A stretch of DNA of 64,000 nt from Raillietiella orientalis (Eukaryota), in the NCBI GenBank assembly GCA_036172245.1, contig JAYWIR010000003.1, positions 2,666,001-2,730,000 on the forward strand, written 5' to 3'. The notes beneath the pieces are model-generated. The model was not told where the DNA came from, made no database searches, and worked only from the letters and a program-made list of their open reading frames with translations. Every line of letters begins with the position of its first letter. Position 1 is the first letter of the stretch. The translations under genes and the position numbers were made by a program. Shown piece after piece: positions 35,600 to 47,938 of the stretch.

Positions 35600-38520
35600 C
35601 TTTTCGAATATTTTTTTTTTCTTTCTGCATTCCGAAATCTAAACACTGAGACCGTGTTTTCGGAATTGCAATCAAGTCTGGCCTCTGAAACAGCTTGTAC
35701 TCGCAAAAAGCGTGTTGCGAGGACAAGACCCATTAAAATTCATTACAAATTCAGCAGTCTTTCATTAATTGATATTTACAGTGGGAAACATACTCAAGAT
35801 GAGGTCATAACCATGATATAAATAACACATTTCTCTCAGTGCCATCAGATGAGATGCGCATTTTGTGAGGCTGAGCGCGAATGAAAGACTAAACCCCTTT
35901 GCAGGACAGAGGCACAAACAAAACCATCCATATAAACCACTTATATGTGGCCCTGATACTTTTCCACAGGCATTACCCTAAGGCAGCAACCGTTTGATTC
36001 AGTGCATGACTGTGACGATCCCCTGATAGATTCGAACAGAAAGAATTCGATATAAGCCAAGAAGAAAAAAAAAAAAAGGCTGTTGCCATCGAATAAATAG
36101 GCCAAGAAAAATGCCCCTTTCCGTCTTCCTTCCCACAAAGGTGAGATTGGTTTTATAACACGCATTGCATGCGTGGGTTTTCTGATCCTCTCAAACAGAT
36201 CTGTGAAAGCATGATGATGAGCGAAAATCTAGTTCATTACTGAAAGGATTGAAGCGAATCCCTTGATCTCCTTGGAGTTACAGATTTCCATTAGGAAGTA
36301 TTGTTTCTTATTCCCAATTGCACCATCAGCAAGATAAGCATCTCCTTTTGGAAATTGCAGCAAAGGAGACGTACTCACTCGCTCACATATGTACGCCAAG
36401 TACAATGGCATAAAAAAAAAAAAAAAAAAAAACCATGCGAAAATTGAAAATCCGCTCTTTTTTTAAGGTTGCCAAGCAACACCTCCGCTTCATTCCTCGA
36501 TCAGCGGATCAACAGTGAGACTCCAGCCTGATGCATTCGCGCAGTATACACATGGGCGAGGTGTAATAAGATGCCAACTTTCAAAAAAGTAAGATGTGAC
36601 TGTAGTCGTACACATGTACGTAGCCGAAGTAATTAAAAAGCAGCACCAAGGATACGTTTTCAATGCAATGTGACGTTTGGAACACACGCAGCACGTGGAA
36701 AAATCAAAGAATTAAAAAATGCCGAAGGAGTCGATCATAAGCGCGGAATGCATAGGTTGTCACAAGGAAGTACCGATCCTTATTCAGGACAAAATGTTTG
36801 ACAGTTGAATTCGCATCGGATTACTTTTCTTCAGCACATGCATTTGCTCGTACCATCTCTAAGAGCGGAGGTATCGGATGAGTAATTGTCTCTTCTTAAA
36901 CAACTGGGTGTAACGATGGATTCTCTTCTCGGCAAGGTTAGCCATGCTTGATCGAAGTCGATTCGAAGGAAAACAAGCAGGAAAACATCTTTGCTATAAA
37001 AGGTCGATATCAAGTTATGTTTACGCTGAGGTGCAAAAACCACTTAAAAGCAAATACCGAGTTGATCATTTTTTTTTTTTTTTTTTTCGAGAAAAGGTCG
37101 CACTGGTAATTGAAGACTTTGACTGGCTTCTGACGGAATGCTATTTGTTTACCTCCTTAGTACATTTCTTTCAGGAAGAGACAGAGGTCAGCTCGAGAAA
37201 GATTGATTAAACGACTGATGAAACCACGTGCAGCCCGTGGTCAGCATGCTCGAGCAACAGTTCATCTTTGAGGAATTCTCGTGAGCGCCCTAGCCGCCGA
37301 GACCCACTTCCTACATCGTAGGTTTTGCGTCTCGCCGTGCGATGACCAAAATGCAATCTTAAAAAGCACGTGGACCCGAGTGTTTGAAATTTCCAGAGCC
37401 TTCCCGCATTGCAGGAGCCGTCGCGCAGCATCCACTGCGATCTCCGAGGAAACTGGCTCGTGAAACATCCATGCAATACGGCGTAATTGTGCTGTGAGCT
37501 CCCTGGCTGCATTTACACACACTGGTTCCCCGGTGCCTGCTGTTATTTTCAAAGGGAATTCGCAAAGGTATCGACGATCGATCCTTCGCAAATGTGGAAA
37601 AATCTCCCGCTTCCTTGCTCCCGTTTCAGTCTTTCCCGCCGTTCCGGTGTGCTGCGCGGCGGGCCAGCGCGGTGCGCTGCGTATTGCACCCTTTTCTCAC
37701 TCTCGACTGGTCAACGCACTCTGTCGGGTTTGCGCAGTTGCTAAGCATCGGGAAACTCCCACTGCCTTTCGGCTCACCATGCGATGGGCCGAGTCCGGTG
37801 CGATTGAGTGTGCTGCATGGAAAGATGTCAGCACGGATCACCCCTCTGCCCGAACACCAACTTCGCGCGCGATTCCAACTCGCCATCCAGAGCTCTCCTC
37901 CACACCTCGGAATCGATCTTCCTCTTGGCGATCGAACGCCATCCGTTCCGCCTTCGGAGACCAAAGAGGCTGTGCCTCACGCCGGAGCGAGAATCCGTTC
38001 CCGGCCGTGCACAGCTTCCGTCTCCTCAACCGAGTGCTCATGTAAAACAGCGAGAGCACCATCCCGAGCGTTCCGCACAGCGCGAGGAGGGGGTGTGGGC
38101 TTCCCTTCGCCATTTATCCTTGACACCATCTTCCCGAAAGCGGGGAGGAGGCACAATCGCGGGCCGTTTATTCAAAATACCTTTACCGCAATTCGGGTGC
38201 GGAAGCCGGCCCCCCCCCTTATCGTAAAACGGATCTTTACTGTGGTCAGCTCCTTTGGAAACGACCCGGGTGCACTGTTTCCCAAATATTGCGGCACGGA
38301 GAAAGTCCAAGACCGGCGCGCACGGTTATTCACCGAAAAGGAGAGCCCCGTATTCCTGTCAGGATGAAGACAGACTCGTGTTACAGCGTTTTACAGCTCT
38401 CTCCACGTCGCTAAAATCATGTATTACGCAATTACGCTATAAAGATTGTATCTTCGGATTTTACAGCGCTGCGATTGAATATGTCGGTAAGTCGATTGCC
38501 TCGAACGTGTTCTTCCTGAA
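35600..38520 (-). mobile_element. Degenerate RTE-like LINE, near full-length ORF (endonuclease, linker, RT)
   Basis: Minus strand: ADHSKDPFYD (~38245), LLALCGTLGMV (~38080), RSPRG..VIRADI (~37930-37830), NAAREL..AWM (~37500), FYSK, LKTYP..L (~36660), PLYLAYI..LMEICNS (ORF 36229..36411), PISPL, ES..CLRV..EK, ISSDG, ISINERL (~35765). Confidence 0.7.
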
Positions 38521-38555
38521 AACGAGGCGTTGCTGGCCCTCCCTGGTCGACGATC

Positions 38556-38613
38556 TGTGTGTGCGTGTGTGTGTGTGTGTGTGTGTTTTCCTTTTTTTTT
38601 TTTTTTTTTTTTT
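38556..38613. repeat. (GT)n microsatellite followed by poly-T
   Basis: Direct reading. Confidence 0.9.
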
Positions 38614-39349
38614 CGGGGAATTCGGTAGCGCGCTGCGCAAACGGAAGCGAACTCAAAATTGGGTCCGCAGCTTGGAAAAATCCCTTTGCTGGAGATGAAA
38701 GCAAAGGCGACGTGCTGAAAGTACCCAGTTCAGCTGCATCAATAGCTCTTCGCCTCTCCTTTTTTTTTTATTTTTTGGTCTTTTTCCTTCTTTTTCAAGT
38801 AACCGTAACCCTTTTTATAGCCTCTTGACATTCACACGCTTTTACGCAACTTGAGGTCGCGTATGGAGCATCCGTTGCTGACCAGCAACTGTTACACTTC
38901 ATATTGGCCGCGTTTTGACATTTAACCACGGTACCCTTTCATCTGGCTCGCATTGCCGCGAGTTTGTGAGCGGGCAGATTTCACAGAGCGGTCACTCCTT
39001 TGCCGCGCATTCGGTAGTCCTGGCTCACAGAGCCAGCTACCCTTCCTTCCAGAGGTAAGGACATTTGCAAATTACGTCGGCAGGGTTCCCCCTCCTCCTT
39101 GTTTCCCTCCCCCCTTCCTGGGATTTTCGCGATCCGGATCGCGGACCTCAGTTGCTTTAAGCGCGTCGTTTTTGCCGTGGAATGTTTCCCCCCTTCGTCC
39201 CACGGAGCCACTTTTTCGGTGTGGCGGCGGTCGCGGCTGTTGGGAAATTCAGTTGCGCGGGAGGCGGGCATTTGCGAAGACAGGAATCTGGGAAGGAGGG
39301 AGGAGAGTACAGCTGCGAACCGGGAACCCTGAAGTTTCGCGGAAGCAGC

Positions 39350-39840
39350 AAGCATACTGGATCCTGGATCCCGTTCACGTGGTCTTATTGAAGCAAGAAG
39401 AGGCCTATGTCATGGTGCTGACGTACGCAGCTTCAGGGAGCGTTTCTTGAGGCTGCATCGCAGAGGAGGCGTCCTCTTCCTAAACGTTTGCCTGAGATAA
39501 CTTTGCTGCGGTCTCCGAATCCGAAAGCTCAACAAAGCTGAGAGATGACTTGGCAGGGTCGAAGCGGGTGGCCACCGTGTCAGCAGTCTGTGCACATGCC
39601 GTGGCACCGTGGACACCAGAAATCCCCCCCCCCTTCAGGGCAAGTGGCTGCACCATGCGGTGATGCATGACAATGCACCATCCAGAGAGGAGCTTACGGG
39701 AAGAGGCGCTTTGGTCATCGAGCTATGTGACGTCGAAGCCAAGCAGAGGAAGGAGCCACCAACCCTTTCCTTGCCGGACGTGGCCAAGTGTCAAAGGATA
39801 CGGGATTGGACGAAACACAGGGGACCAAAGAAGTAGGAAG
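39350..39840 (+). mobile_element. Degenerate mariner/Tc1-like transposase catalytic region
   Basis: VMHDNAPS (~39660) followed by PP..S.PDVAKCQ..DWTK (ORF 39609..39836; cf. HDNAP..PPYSPDLAPCD). A possible first-Asp region EEAYV lies about 90 codons upstream. Confidence 0.45.
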
Positions 39841-40149
39841 CCAAGAAGATCAGGGGAAGGGGCTTCAGGCCCGCACAGGATGGATCGCGTTTTTGAGGCA
39901 GCTGCCTCTTCTCTTTCGAGGCCCCGGGTTGCAAGCATAAGAACGCGCCATCCAGACGGAACGGGTCCGGCATTCGTGCTGGAGTTCATCCGAAGGGCAG
40001 CCGATCATTGAGATGGCAAGATACAACCCCTGGGGACGCGACCCCAAGTCTCCCAGAGCGGAATCTCTCCTTTCATGGCCTCACAGACCCTAAGTCCAGG
40101 CATTCCTCCCCACTTCCTGGACTCGGCGTCTCAGCCGGCGGAGCAACGA

Positions 40150-43100
40150 AGCTTCCGAAGGAAGGAGGTGAGGGTCTGCCCTTCCCGGAGTAGGAGGGAG
40201 AGTTTCTAGTGGAGCGTTGAAAGGGTCGGGCGGGAAGGGGCTTTTGGACCGTTTTAAAAATCGTTAATCTGATCCGATACTCGCGCTCTTGCCGAGGAGG
40301 CTGCGTTATTGATTTTCGCTCACGCAATGGCGTTTTCGCTCCTTCCCCTCTGCGTGCTCCCTCCTCTTTCTCCTCCTCCCATTCTGCTCCCTTCCTGCCT
40401 CCCTGCTCTCTGCACCGAAGCCGAATGAAAAATCATCCAGGGAATTTCTCACTTCTCGGCGGAAAACGAGCTCCTGAAAAGCGGATAACTGGCCATTCCT
40501 CCTCAGCGGGAATTCCCACTTTTCTCCCTAATCCCGTTTTCGTTTCGTCTATAAAGCTCCCTCCCCTCTTTTTTTCGAGTCTGGAGCGCGTTCCCGAATA
40601 AGAAAAGTACCCGTGCGTTCTTCTTTCCTTCGTTCCTTACGAGGTATAACTGTCAAGAGATAGGTTGCCAGGAGGCTGCTCCTGCTGATCACGAATTCCG
40701 TTATTTATTGCGGCGAGCCGGGATCTCCCAGGACCGGGAAGGAGATGGCTGCCGATATTTCAATTTCCTTCCTCGGTGGACGGACGGGCATCCCGAAGAG
40801 AGAGGCGTATCGATTTTCCCGCAGCGTCTTTTCCGTTTGTTTGCGACCGCCCGCTCGCAGGTAGAAAGGGAAAGTCTTTTTCGCCCCCTCCCTCTCCTTC
40901 CCTTCAACTGCGCAGTTTCCCCGCGGCGACCACCTACGCGAGCTCCCGAAAGCCTGGCCGGCCGCACCCGGGATGGCGCTACGCGCGGCCCCGCCATCTC
41001 TCCCGCTGGAAGCGGTCCACCCCTTCCACTCATCCCCCTGCGTCTCATGAAAAGAGAGGAGGAGAGAGAGAGAGAGAGGCAAAACACGTTCGAGCAATCA
41101 ATAAGGGAAGAAGGGGCTCTGCGCAGGCGCCCTTGAAAAAGTTTCACGCTCCAGATCGCGCGCATGCGCTCGGAGAACGACCGGATGACCGGATTAGCAG
41201 CGCCTTCCACCGAAGCATGGAAAACAGGCGGCTCAGCGGCGAAAGACACGCGATCTCTCTTCCTCCCCCGTTCCTCCTCTTCCATCTCTTCCATGACATG
41301 GATGAAAGCAGCCAGCACCGGAAGACGCTTCTTCCGTTCCGCGAGAATCCGCTTTTATGGACACGCGTCTCGCGAGGAGGACGCGAAGTTCCGGTAAAGC
41401 CGCGGCGAGGCGCCCGCGCGCGCTCTCAGCGGACGGCGACGCAGCCTCTCGGTCTTTCTATGGGAAGAGGTGGACGCAGGAGCTGTGGCCTGGAGGAGCG
41501 GAGCAGCCGCAGGTCAAAGGGGCGAACCATCCTTTCAAAGAGGCAGTGCCGGGCCGCAACCCCGTGGGCGCGAGCCCGTGAGCCTCTCCTCACCCCCGTC
41601 CTCCCGGGGGTCCGCTGGCCGCGATTCGCGCCAGCGCGGCTAAAGGCGGGATCCACCCCCGGGGGGCGAGCAGGGCGCTCACCGGAAAGCAAGCGAGGCC
41701 AGCCGCCGGGCCATGGCGACGATCCCGGACGCGCGGTTCGCTCGGCACCCGCAGACAGGTCTCCCGGAGGGCAGGAGGAAAGGCGGCCGACCCGCTCGGG
41801 AATCTGGGAGCGACGGGGGCCGCCCCCAAGCGGAGGCGGCGTTACCCGAGAATTCGCGGGCGGGGGCCTGCCTCGAGAGGAGGAGGAGGAGGAAGCAGGC
41901 GAATAGCTGCGTGGTTTCCTCCCTCCGCGATGACACGTAAACGATCTTCCGGCACATGCGAAGCGGAGGCTCTCTACGTCGCTAAGCATCGGGAGAAATC
42001 CAGGGGGCGGGAAGTGTTCCCACTCGTTCCCCGAACTTTCCTTTGACATGCAACGCCTGCCAATGAAGTCCGTCCACGTGCGGCGTTCATTGTCCCTTCT
42101 CTCGAGTTCGGGAGGGAGACGCGTCGCCAAAGAGCGTGCTGAAATCAGAGACACTCGCTGAACCGTCCGGTGCTCCTCTCTGAGAGAGGATTTCCATGGC
42201 TTTCGTCACATAATCTGCTTTGCACTCTTGGGGGAATGTTTCACTAACGGCGCGCGCCGCTCGTGGAGACTCTCCCTGCGTGGGCCACGCTGGGATCGGC
42301 ACGACGTCCCCCCCTCCATCCCTTCGTTTTTCTTCGCGCCATCCACCGTGAAGGGTTCACTCCCGAGACCAATCCTCTCTCGCCTTTGGCTACTCACGGG
42401 CGGTCGCTCTCGGCAGCGGCATTTTTGACGTGACCCCAGCCACTTTCCTCAGGGCTCCGTGACCTGCGAACCGCCGCCTCTGCCTCGCTCGCCTCCTCAT
42501 CAGAGCGGATCGATCTGGGGTGGGGTGGGGCGGCGGTGGTGCGTTCTAGGGCAACAGGATGCTTGATTGCCCGTTGTCCCGGTAACGCTAGCATCCGCCA
42601 CATCACGGCGGCAAGGAATAGATCTGCTTGCAGGACGCCTCGGAGACCCCGGCAGCACTTCGGGGGAAGGGCTCACGCGGGGCCACCCGCCGGTCAGTAG
42701 CAGTTCGGATCCACCAGCACTCCCTCTCAAGGGATGCTGTGCCTTCGGGTGGTCCATCGCTTTCTCATGCACTTGGATTTTCTTCTAGCGACGACCGCGA
42801 AATTTTCGAATTCTTTCCGACCACCTCCGTGCTTCCAGCAGACCACGTCTTTCAGGGTCCACTCGAAAGTGGACGCTCCAGCCGGCGAGGCGGTGTTTTC
42901 TCTCGCGAAGTCCATGTGGATGTCTCTCCATCAGCGCGTCCTTAGTGACCTCAGAACGAAGGACAGCCGTCCTCCACTGAACTCGCAAGTCCCCTACCAC
43001 CACCACACCCACATCAGAATGCCGCGATCATGGAAGACGGAAATCTTCATCCACGCAAGATGCTGGAGGCAGCATCTTCACGAGAAAATCAGCTCTTCCT

Positions 43101-43250
43101 GTTTGTTTTTGTTTTTTGCGTTCAAGTCGGAGCTTCCCTCCGAGGAACGCAGCTGCTATCGTTCCACGCTAGGAACAAGCGGGGAGATTCCATCCGGGAT
43201 ACAAACGATGGGGTAGCGTCCAGGAGCGGCAGGGGAATTTACGTTTCCCC
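40150..43250 (-). mobile_element. Degenerate, GC-enriched LINE ORF2 (endonuclease, linker, RT; CR1-group-like)
   Basis: Minus strand: VVVVGDL (~43000), RENT..STFE, RRSRSPEE..W, ECKADY (~42220), PGSSPWPGGWPRLL (~41710, cf. KSPGPDGIxxRLL), LFERMV (~41535), KSGFSRNGRS (~41345, cf. QSGFRxGRS), IWSVKLFQGR (~41145), IRLTIFKTVQKP (~40260). Confidence 0.6.
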
Positions 43251-45489
43251 GAGCGCGCGTGGGGTCCTCGTCGTCAGCCATCTTCGATCTGACGACTCCT
43301 CCTCCTCCTCCGCTTTCGAACCATCGTCCCGAGTTCCGGAAACAAAAGGAGGGAAAAGGGGGGAAATGCTGGGAGCTGGGAGCGAGAGCGGGGAAGAGGG
43401 AGGGGCGCTACCCGTCTCCCTGCACCAACGGGGTGGTGGTGGGCGCTTTCGAAGATGCAGCGGCTACGGGCCAGTCGGACGACGGCGCACGGATCTTCCC
43501 CTCCTCGCCTCCTCCCGAAGAAGCCGGCCTCTCGTTCCCAGCGCTCGTTCCCGGTGTTTCCCGACGTTTCGGGGTGCCATCGAGACCGGAGGAACTTCCG
43601 AGCCGACCTCGGGTTCGCGGAGGGCAGAAAGATCCGAGCGCTCGGGGATCGGGAGACCGGGAGCGCTTCTCTTCCTCACCCGACGGGAATGTTTACAGCA
43701 CGATTACCGGGATGATGAACACTCGTTCGTTTCCAGCCTTTGGCGCGTGCTGCTGATGCTGCGATCATTATCGGATCATCAGCACACACCGCGCACGCTT
43801 CTACCTGGGCAGCAGAAAGGGATGAATGCAAGCGGCACTCAGTGAGTCACCGCACTGCAACAAACAATCTTCGGATGATTAGGGGATCGCAACTGAACAC
43901 TTGATTATAAATAAATAAACGTAGTTATGTATGATGTGTCTACATCGCATCACGGGGTTCGATGAAGCAGTCTCCCTCTGTGAAATGCAGGCGCTGAGCA
44001 TCTGCGAAACGGTAATTTCGGTGTGCTGTTGTGTGCGGAGCGAAGGACTGTGCGGTCGCCGCAGCGTATCGGATGCTCGCCCCTCCCCTCGAGGGAAGCC
44101 ATTGCGGCGATCGAACACCACATTGCGGATTATCGTGATAAGCAAAAACGCAGGAACACGCTTCTGTGTCTACACCGACTCTCTAGCAGGTTCGAAGCAT
44201 CCCCGTGGAATCGATCAATGTGTGCATCCGAAGCCGTTTTTTTTCTCTCTCTCTCTCTCTCTCTCTCCCGGCGAAGAGCCGTTTGTTTCCCGGGCAACGG
44301 GCGAGCGGAGCGGGTGGGAGGGAGGGAGGGGGAGGCGCCCCCGCCGCGAGCTCGCGCGCTGCCATCTAGCGGTGAGTGCGGCAACTTGCACGCTGCGGGT
44401 TCCTCCCGCTCTCTCGCGGCGCCGCTGAGGGGGAAAGCGGCGCACGTTCCGCTCTCGCCTCCTCCTCCTCGCGATCTTGGCTAGGTATCCAAGGTACGAA
44501 CAAGGAGACCCCCCCCTTCTTCGCACACGTTGACGGGAGAAGGAGCTTTTTCCTCTGCTTGGAAACAGAGCTGACAGTCTGCAAAAGACGTCGCCACCTC
44601 TGCGCACCAAGAAAGTTCCACCGGACGGAAGGGGCTTAAGTGCGAAAAAAAAAAAAAAAAAAAAAGGCAAATTCCTGAAGGGTTGACACTGAACTTGGGT
44701 CTGCTCTCGGTTTCCTCTCAGGCCTCGAATTTCTTCCTGAGCGCGCGCGAAGGCGGAATTTGGGTTTCTTCCCACGGCTGAGAGCGCCGCTCGCGGCGCA
44801 CCGTGCGGATCGATGAAGAAGCTCGAGAGGGCGGACGCTCCCTCGCTCGTCCAGCAGAGCTGGGAACGTCCCCCAACGCAGCTGGGAACGATCCTCGGAG
44901 TCGGGAGCCGCGGAGGGGACGCTTCCCGAGCATGCCTCGACGAAGGAGAAGAGCGTTTCCGCCGCCGGGCGCGGGCACCCTCAAAGGAACGCCAACCCAC
45001 GTTAGCCCCGTGGATGCGTCCCATTTTATGGCGTTTTTTCTCCTTTCTCGGCGGTCTGCTCCCGTGGAAGCCAAGAAACCCTGCCGAGGGAACAACGGAG
45101 GGCTGGAAGAGACGGAGGTTGCCACCATCCGGGCTACCCTCTAACGCCGGGTATCGATTGTCCCTACCCACCCGGCGGCGCATGACCGGAAAAAGCCGGC
45201 GGGAGGGAAGTAGGGACCCCTTCTCTTCCTTCTTATTCCCCTCCTTTTGTTTTCCTTCCCGCGTTCTCCCACCGGCTCTGGAAACAAAAGGACAACATCG
45301 AACGTCAGAAGAAGGCGGGGTACCGACTGGCGCTGATGCTGCCGGCGGGTGTACTCACTCGGTAACTTGGGAAACTCATCTCCTCTTACCGTCAAGCGGC
45401 GAGCATCCTTTCATCCCCCTCTTTTTCGAACTTCAAGCGGATGCCCTCCGCAAGGAGGACACTCTCTTCCCGGTCCCCGAAAAATGAAA

Positions 45490-46100
45490 AAAAAAGGGAT
45501 GATGAAAAAGACGTATGGGGGGGGGGGGAGGGTTAAAAAGCGGAAACGCGAGCGAAACCCGGCCCACCGGCGGCGTGCGTTCGGGAGGGTGGAGACCTGT
45601 GGAGTCAAAAGAACGGTGTGGGCGGCAGTCCTTCAGCCTCCTAGAGCTGTCCCGTCCTTTCTTTGCCTGCTTCGTCACGAGCGCCAGTATCCCAGCTCCC
45701 ATGATCAGCTGCCGCGAGGTGGGATTCGTGGAGTGGTGGACAGGGATCCAGGAAAAAGGGAGAGGGAGACGACCAAGAGGATGTTCGTTTCTACATCTTC
45801 CTCCATGGGGTCGCGTGCGTTCCAAGGAAAACGTCGGCGAGGATATGCTTCCTGCCACCCAGAAGAGCGGCACCTGCAGGCGACTCTTAAACGATGTGTT
45901 GCAGAAAAGTGCTCCGATCCGCGGAACAAGTAAAGGAGGGGGAGGGGGAGAAAATGGACTGCTGTCGTTTTGCCTTCCTCTTCCTCCCTCCACTTCTACG
46001 AGCTCCGCAACCACAATTTCGGGGAGCATCGCCAGGTGAGGAGGAGCGAACGCGAGGTTCCGACAATCAGTGTGATCTCCGGACGCTAGATGTCAGGACG
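45490..46100 (+). mobile_element. Degenerate IS630-Tc1-mariner transposase (type with WIGR..WPxRSPDLTPLDF catalytic region)
   Basis: DE/GRVKK..RNP (~45500-45560), KRTVWAAV..PSFL (~45607, cf. KVTVWAAI..GPYFF), FQ..ASCH (~45820-45860), WTA..PSSSSLHFY (~45955). Confidence 0.55.
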
Positions 46101-46699
46101 ATGGGGAGAACCGAGGATAGCGTTGTCCCCGCCTCCGAAGGTGGAGTTATGATAATTTTCTTGGGGACGGAGCTCTCCGATCCGCCATCGCTCGAGTTCG
46201 CTTTGCGTCATACAAAATGGCGCTCACCTTCGGATGGGTTCTCATTCGCAGCACCCAAAACACTTGCAAGGAAGCTCTGGTTTACTTGTTCACCATGGCC
46301 CACCCTTTTCTCTCGTCCTAGCCCCCTCCTTTTTCTGTTCCTCCTCTCCCCCCTACCCTCTCATAGGAAAAACATAGTCGGAGCCCCTGAGAGCGTACGG
46401 TTCCCTCAGAGAAGCAAGGGCGGTGCCATCTACCGATATAATGGGGAGTCGGGAATCTCCAGACGCAGATCGATCGATCGGGGGAAGCGGAAAGACGGAC
46501 GAAGCAAAGGGGAGGAAGTAGATTTTCCCACGGAAGCGGATTGCATGGTAGAAAGAAGTGCTAAAACTGAGTCAAGGAGGGTGCTCCGTCTTCCACCCTA
46601 TCCCATCATCTGGCAAGCCCATCGCCACAGCAACGGGTGTTGAAAACCAGAGAGAGGAAGGGTGCCATAAGGAAAGGAGTGGTCCCAGCTTTCTCTCCC

Positions 46700-47070
46700 T
46701 CCATCACCACGGATTCCTGTCCCAACTTCTTCCTTAAGCGACTGCCTTCAAACCTGCCCTTGGGCTTCCTCGACGCCTGCTGCCCGCCGACGCGCGTCCC
46801 CCTCGAGACCGGACGCCGCCCTCTCTGCCATGCATCCTTCCAGCCAGCAGCCCATGCGCTACCTCCCGCTGGTTTCCAAGGAGCCGCTCCCGCAATCCCC
46901 TGTCGTGCCACGCAGCAAAGGAGTGAGCGGAGGTTTTCTGTCGCCGTTGCTGCACCCTTCCCTGCGGGCGTCCCACATCCACCCCACCGTGACCCCCGCG
47001 TGCACGTAGACGCCTCCAAGGAGAGACAGGAGCAAAGTGGACGTACCTTGCGGCAGCGTCCTGCCTTCCT
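46700..47070 (-). mobile_element. Degenerate LINE ORF1 (gag-like zinc-knuckle region), head-to-head with the element at 47630
   Basis: ORF 46606..47076: RCRK..ASTC..RWGGCG..GGSAWAAGWKDAWQRGR, resembling three decayed CCHC knuckles. Shares 104 bp with the plus-strand copy. Confidence 0.4.
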
Positions 47071-47938
47071 CGGCACGCGCGCGCATCCGGACGGGGCGTG
47101 GGCGGAAGGGAGCGAGGGAGGAAGGAGGAAGAGTAAGAAGGCTGGGAATCTTCTGTTGCTCTCCTCTTCCCCCCCCCGCTGCTGCTGCTTCCGCTGACCT
47201 CCCGCGTGCGGAGGCGGCGGCCGACGCGTCTTCGAGGGAGCGGGACGAGGTGCTCTCCAGCCACCCGAAGACCTCCGTCCTTCATCCGGGAAAGTAGGGG
47301 AAGATCAGCTTAGAAACCATGGCCAGAGGCCCTTTCCGAGGGACTCTTCCTCTTGCACTCCTCGCCCGCCCGCGACTCAGGCGAGGATCAACGTGACCAC
47401 GCCAATTAAGGTCAGCGGAAGGGAGGGAGAAAAAAAAAAAAAAAAAGTAAGCGGAGGCGACGGATGACGACGGACGACGGCTGTGACAGAAGAGCAAAGG
47501 CCTCCATCTCTCGGAACGCCATCTTGGGAGGCATGGAACGCGCGTGCGTGTGTGAGAAGCGAATAGAGAGAGAGACATAGGGGACCACACGCGCGGGGTC
47601 TAAGTAAGAGGCAGGGAGCGAAGACATGCGTGTGTGTTGGAAGGATAGCTGAGCGCTCCGGGGAAAGACCGATCTCCCTTCTCTCTGGTCTGCGTTCCTC
47701 CGCGCCCCCGCCTCCTCTCTTTCTCTTCCATCTTTGCTTTCCGTTCTCTGCACCAGGTGGTAGGCACACCTCATCGCCGCTGCCCCGTCCACAGAGTTGC
47801 GCTGGCTTCTGTGGACAGGCGGCAACAGTCGACAGACAGGCGATTGCGGGAGGGGCTCCTTGGAAACCAGGGGGAGGTCGCTCATGGGCTGCTGGCTGCA
47901 AGGATGCATGGCAGAGAGGGAGACGTCCGGTCTCGAGG
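46801..47938. repeat. 104-bp inverted repeat pair (46801-46904 and 47835-47938), 930-bp spacer
   Basis: Ungapped manual alignment of arm 1 with the reverse complement of arm 2 gives 96/104 identities. Confidence 0.97.

Noticed and set aside
37281..37463. Nuclear-receptor ligand-binding signature (F..DDQ..ILK..W)
   Set aside because: Isolated, bounded by stops, with no compatible splice phase and no other receptor exon. It is antisense to the linker of the RTE relic, so probably chance.
40545..40590. TATAAAG box with possible initiator
   Set aside because: No good initiator match or downstream gene, and it lies within a minus-strand LINE relic.
40776..41906. 376-aa ORF, and other long ORFs such as 44215..45183, 47797..48810 and 24157..24954
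   Set aside because: Arg/Pro/Gly/Ser-rich, no recognisable domain, overlapping ORFs in several frames, and spanning or bordering microsatellites. This is typical of stop-poor GC-rich DNA; 40776..41906 is antisense to a LINE relic.
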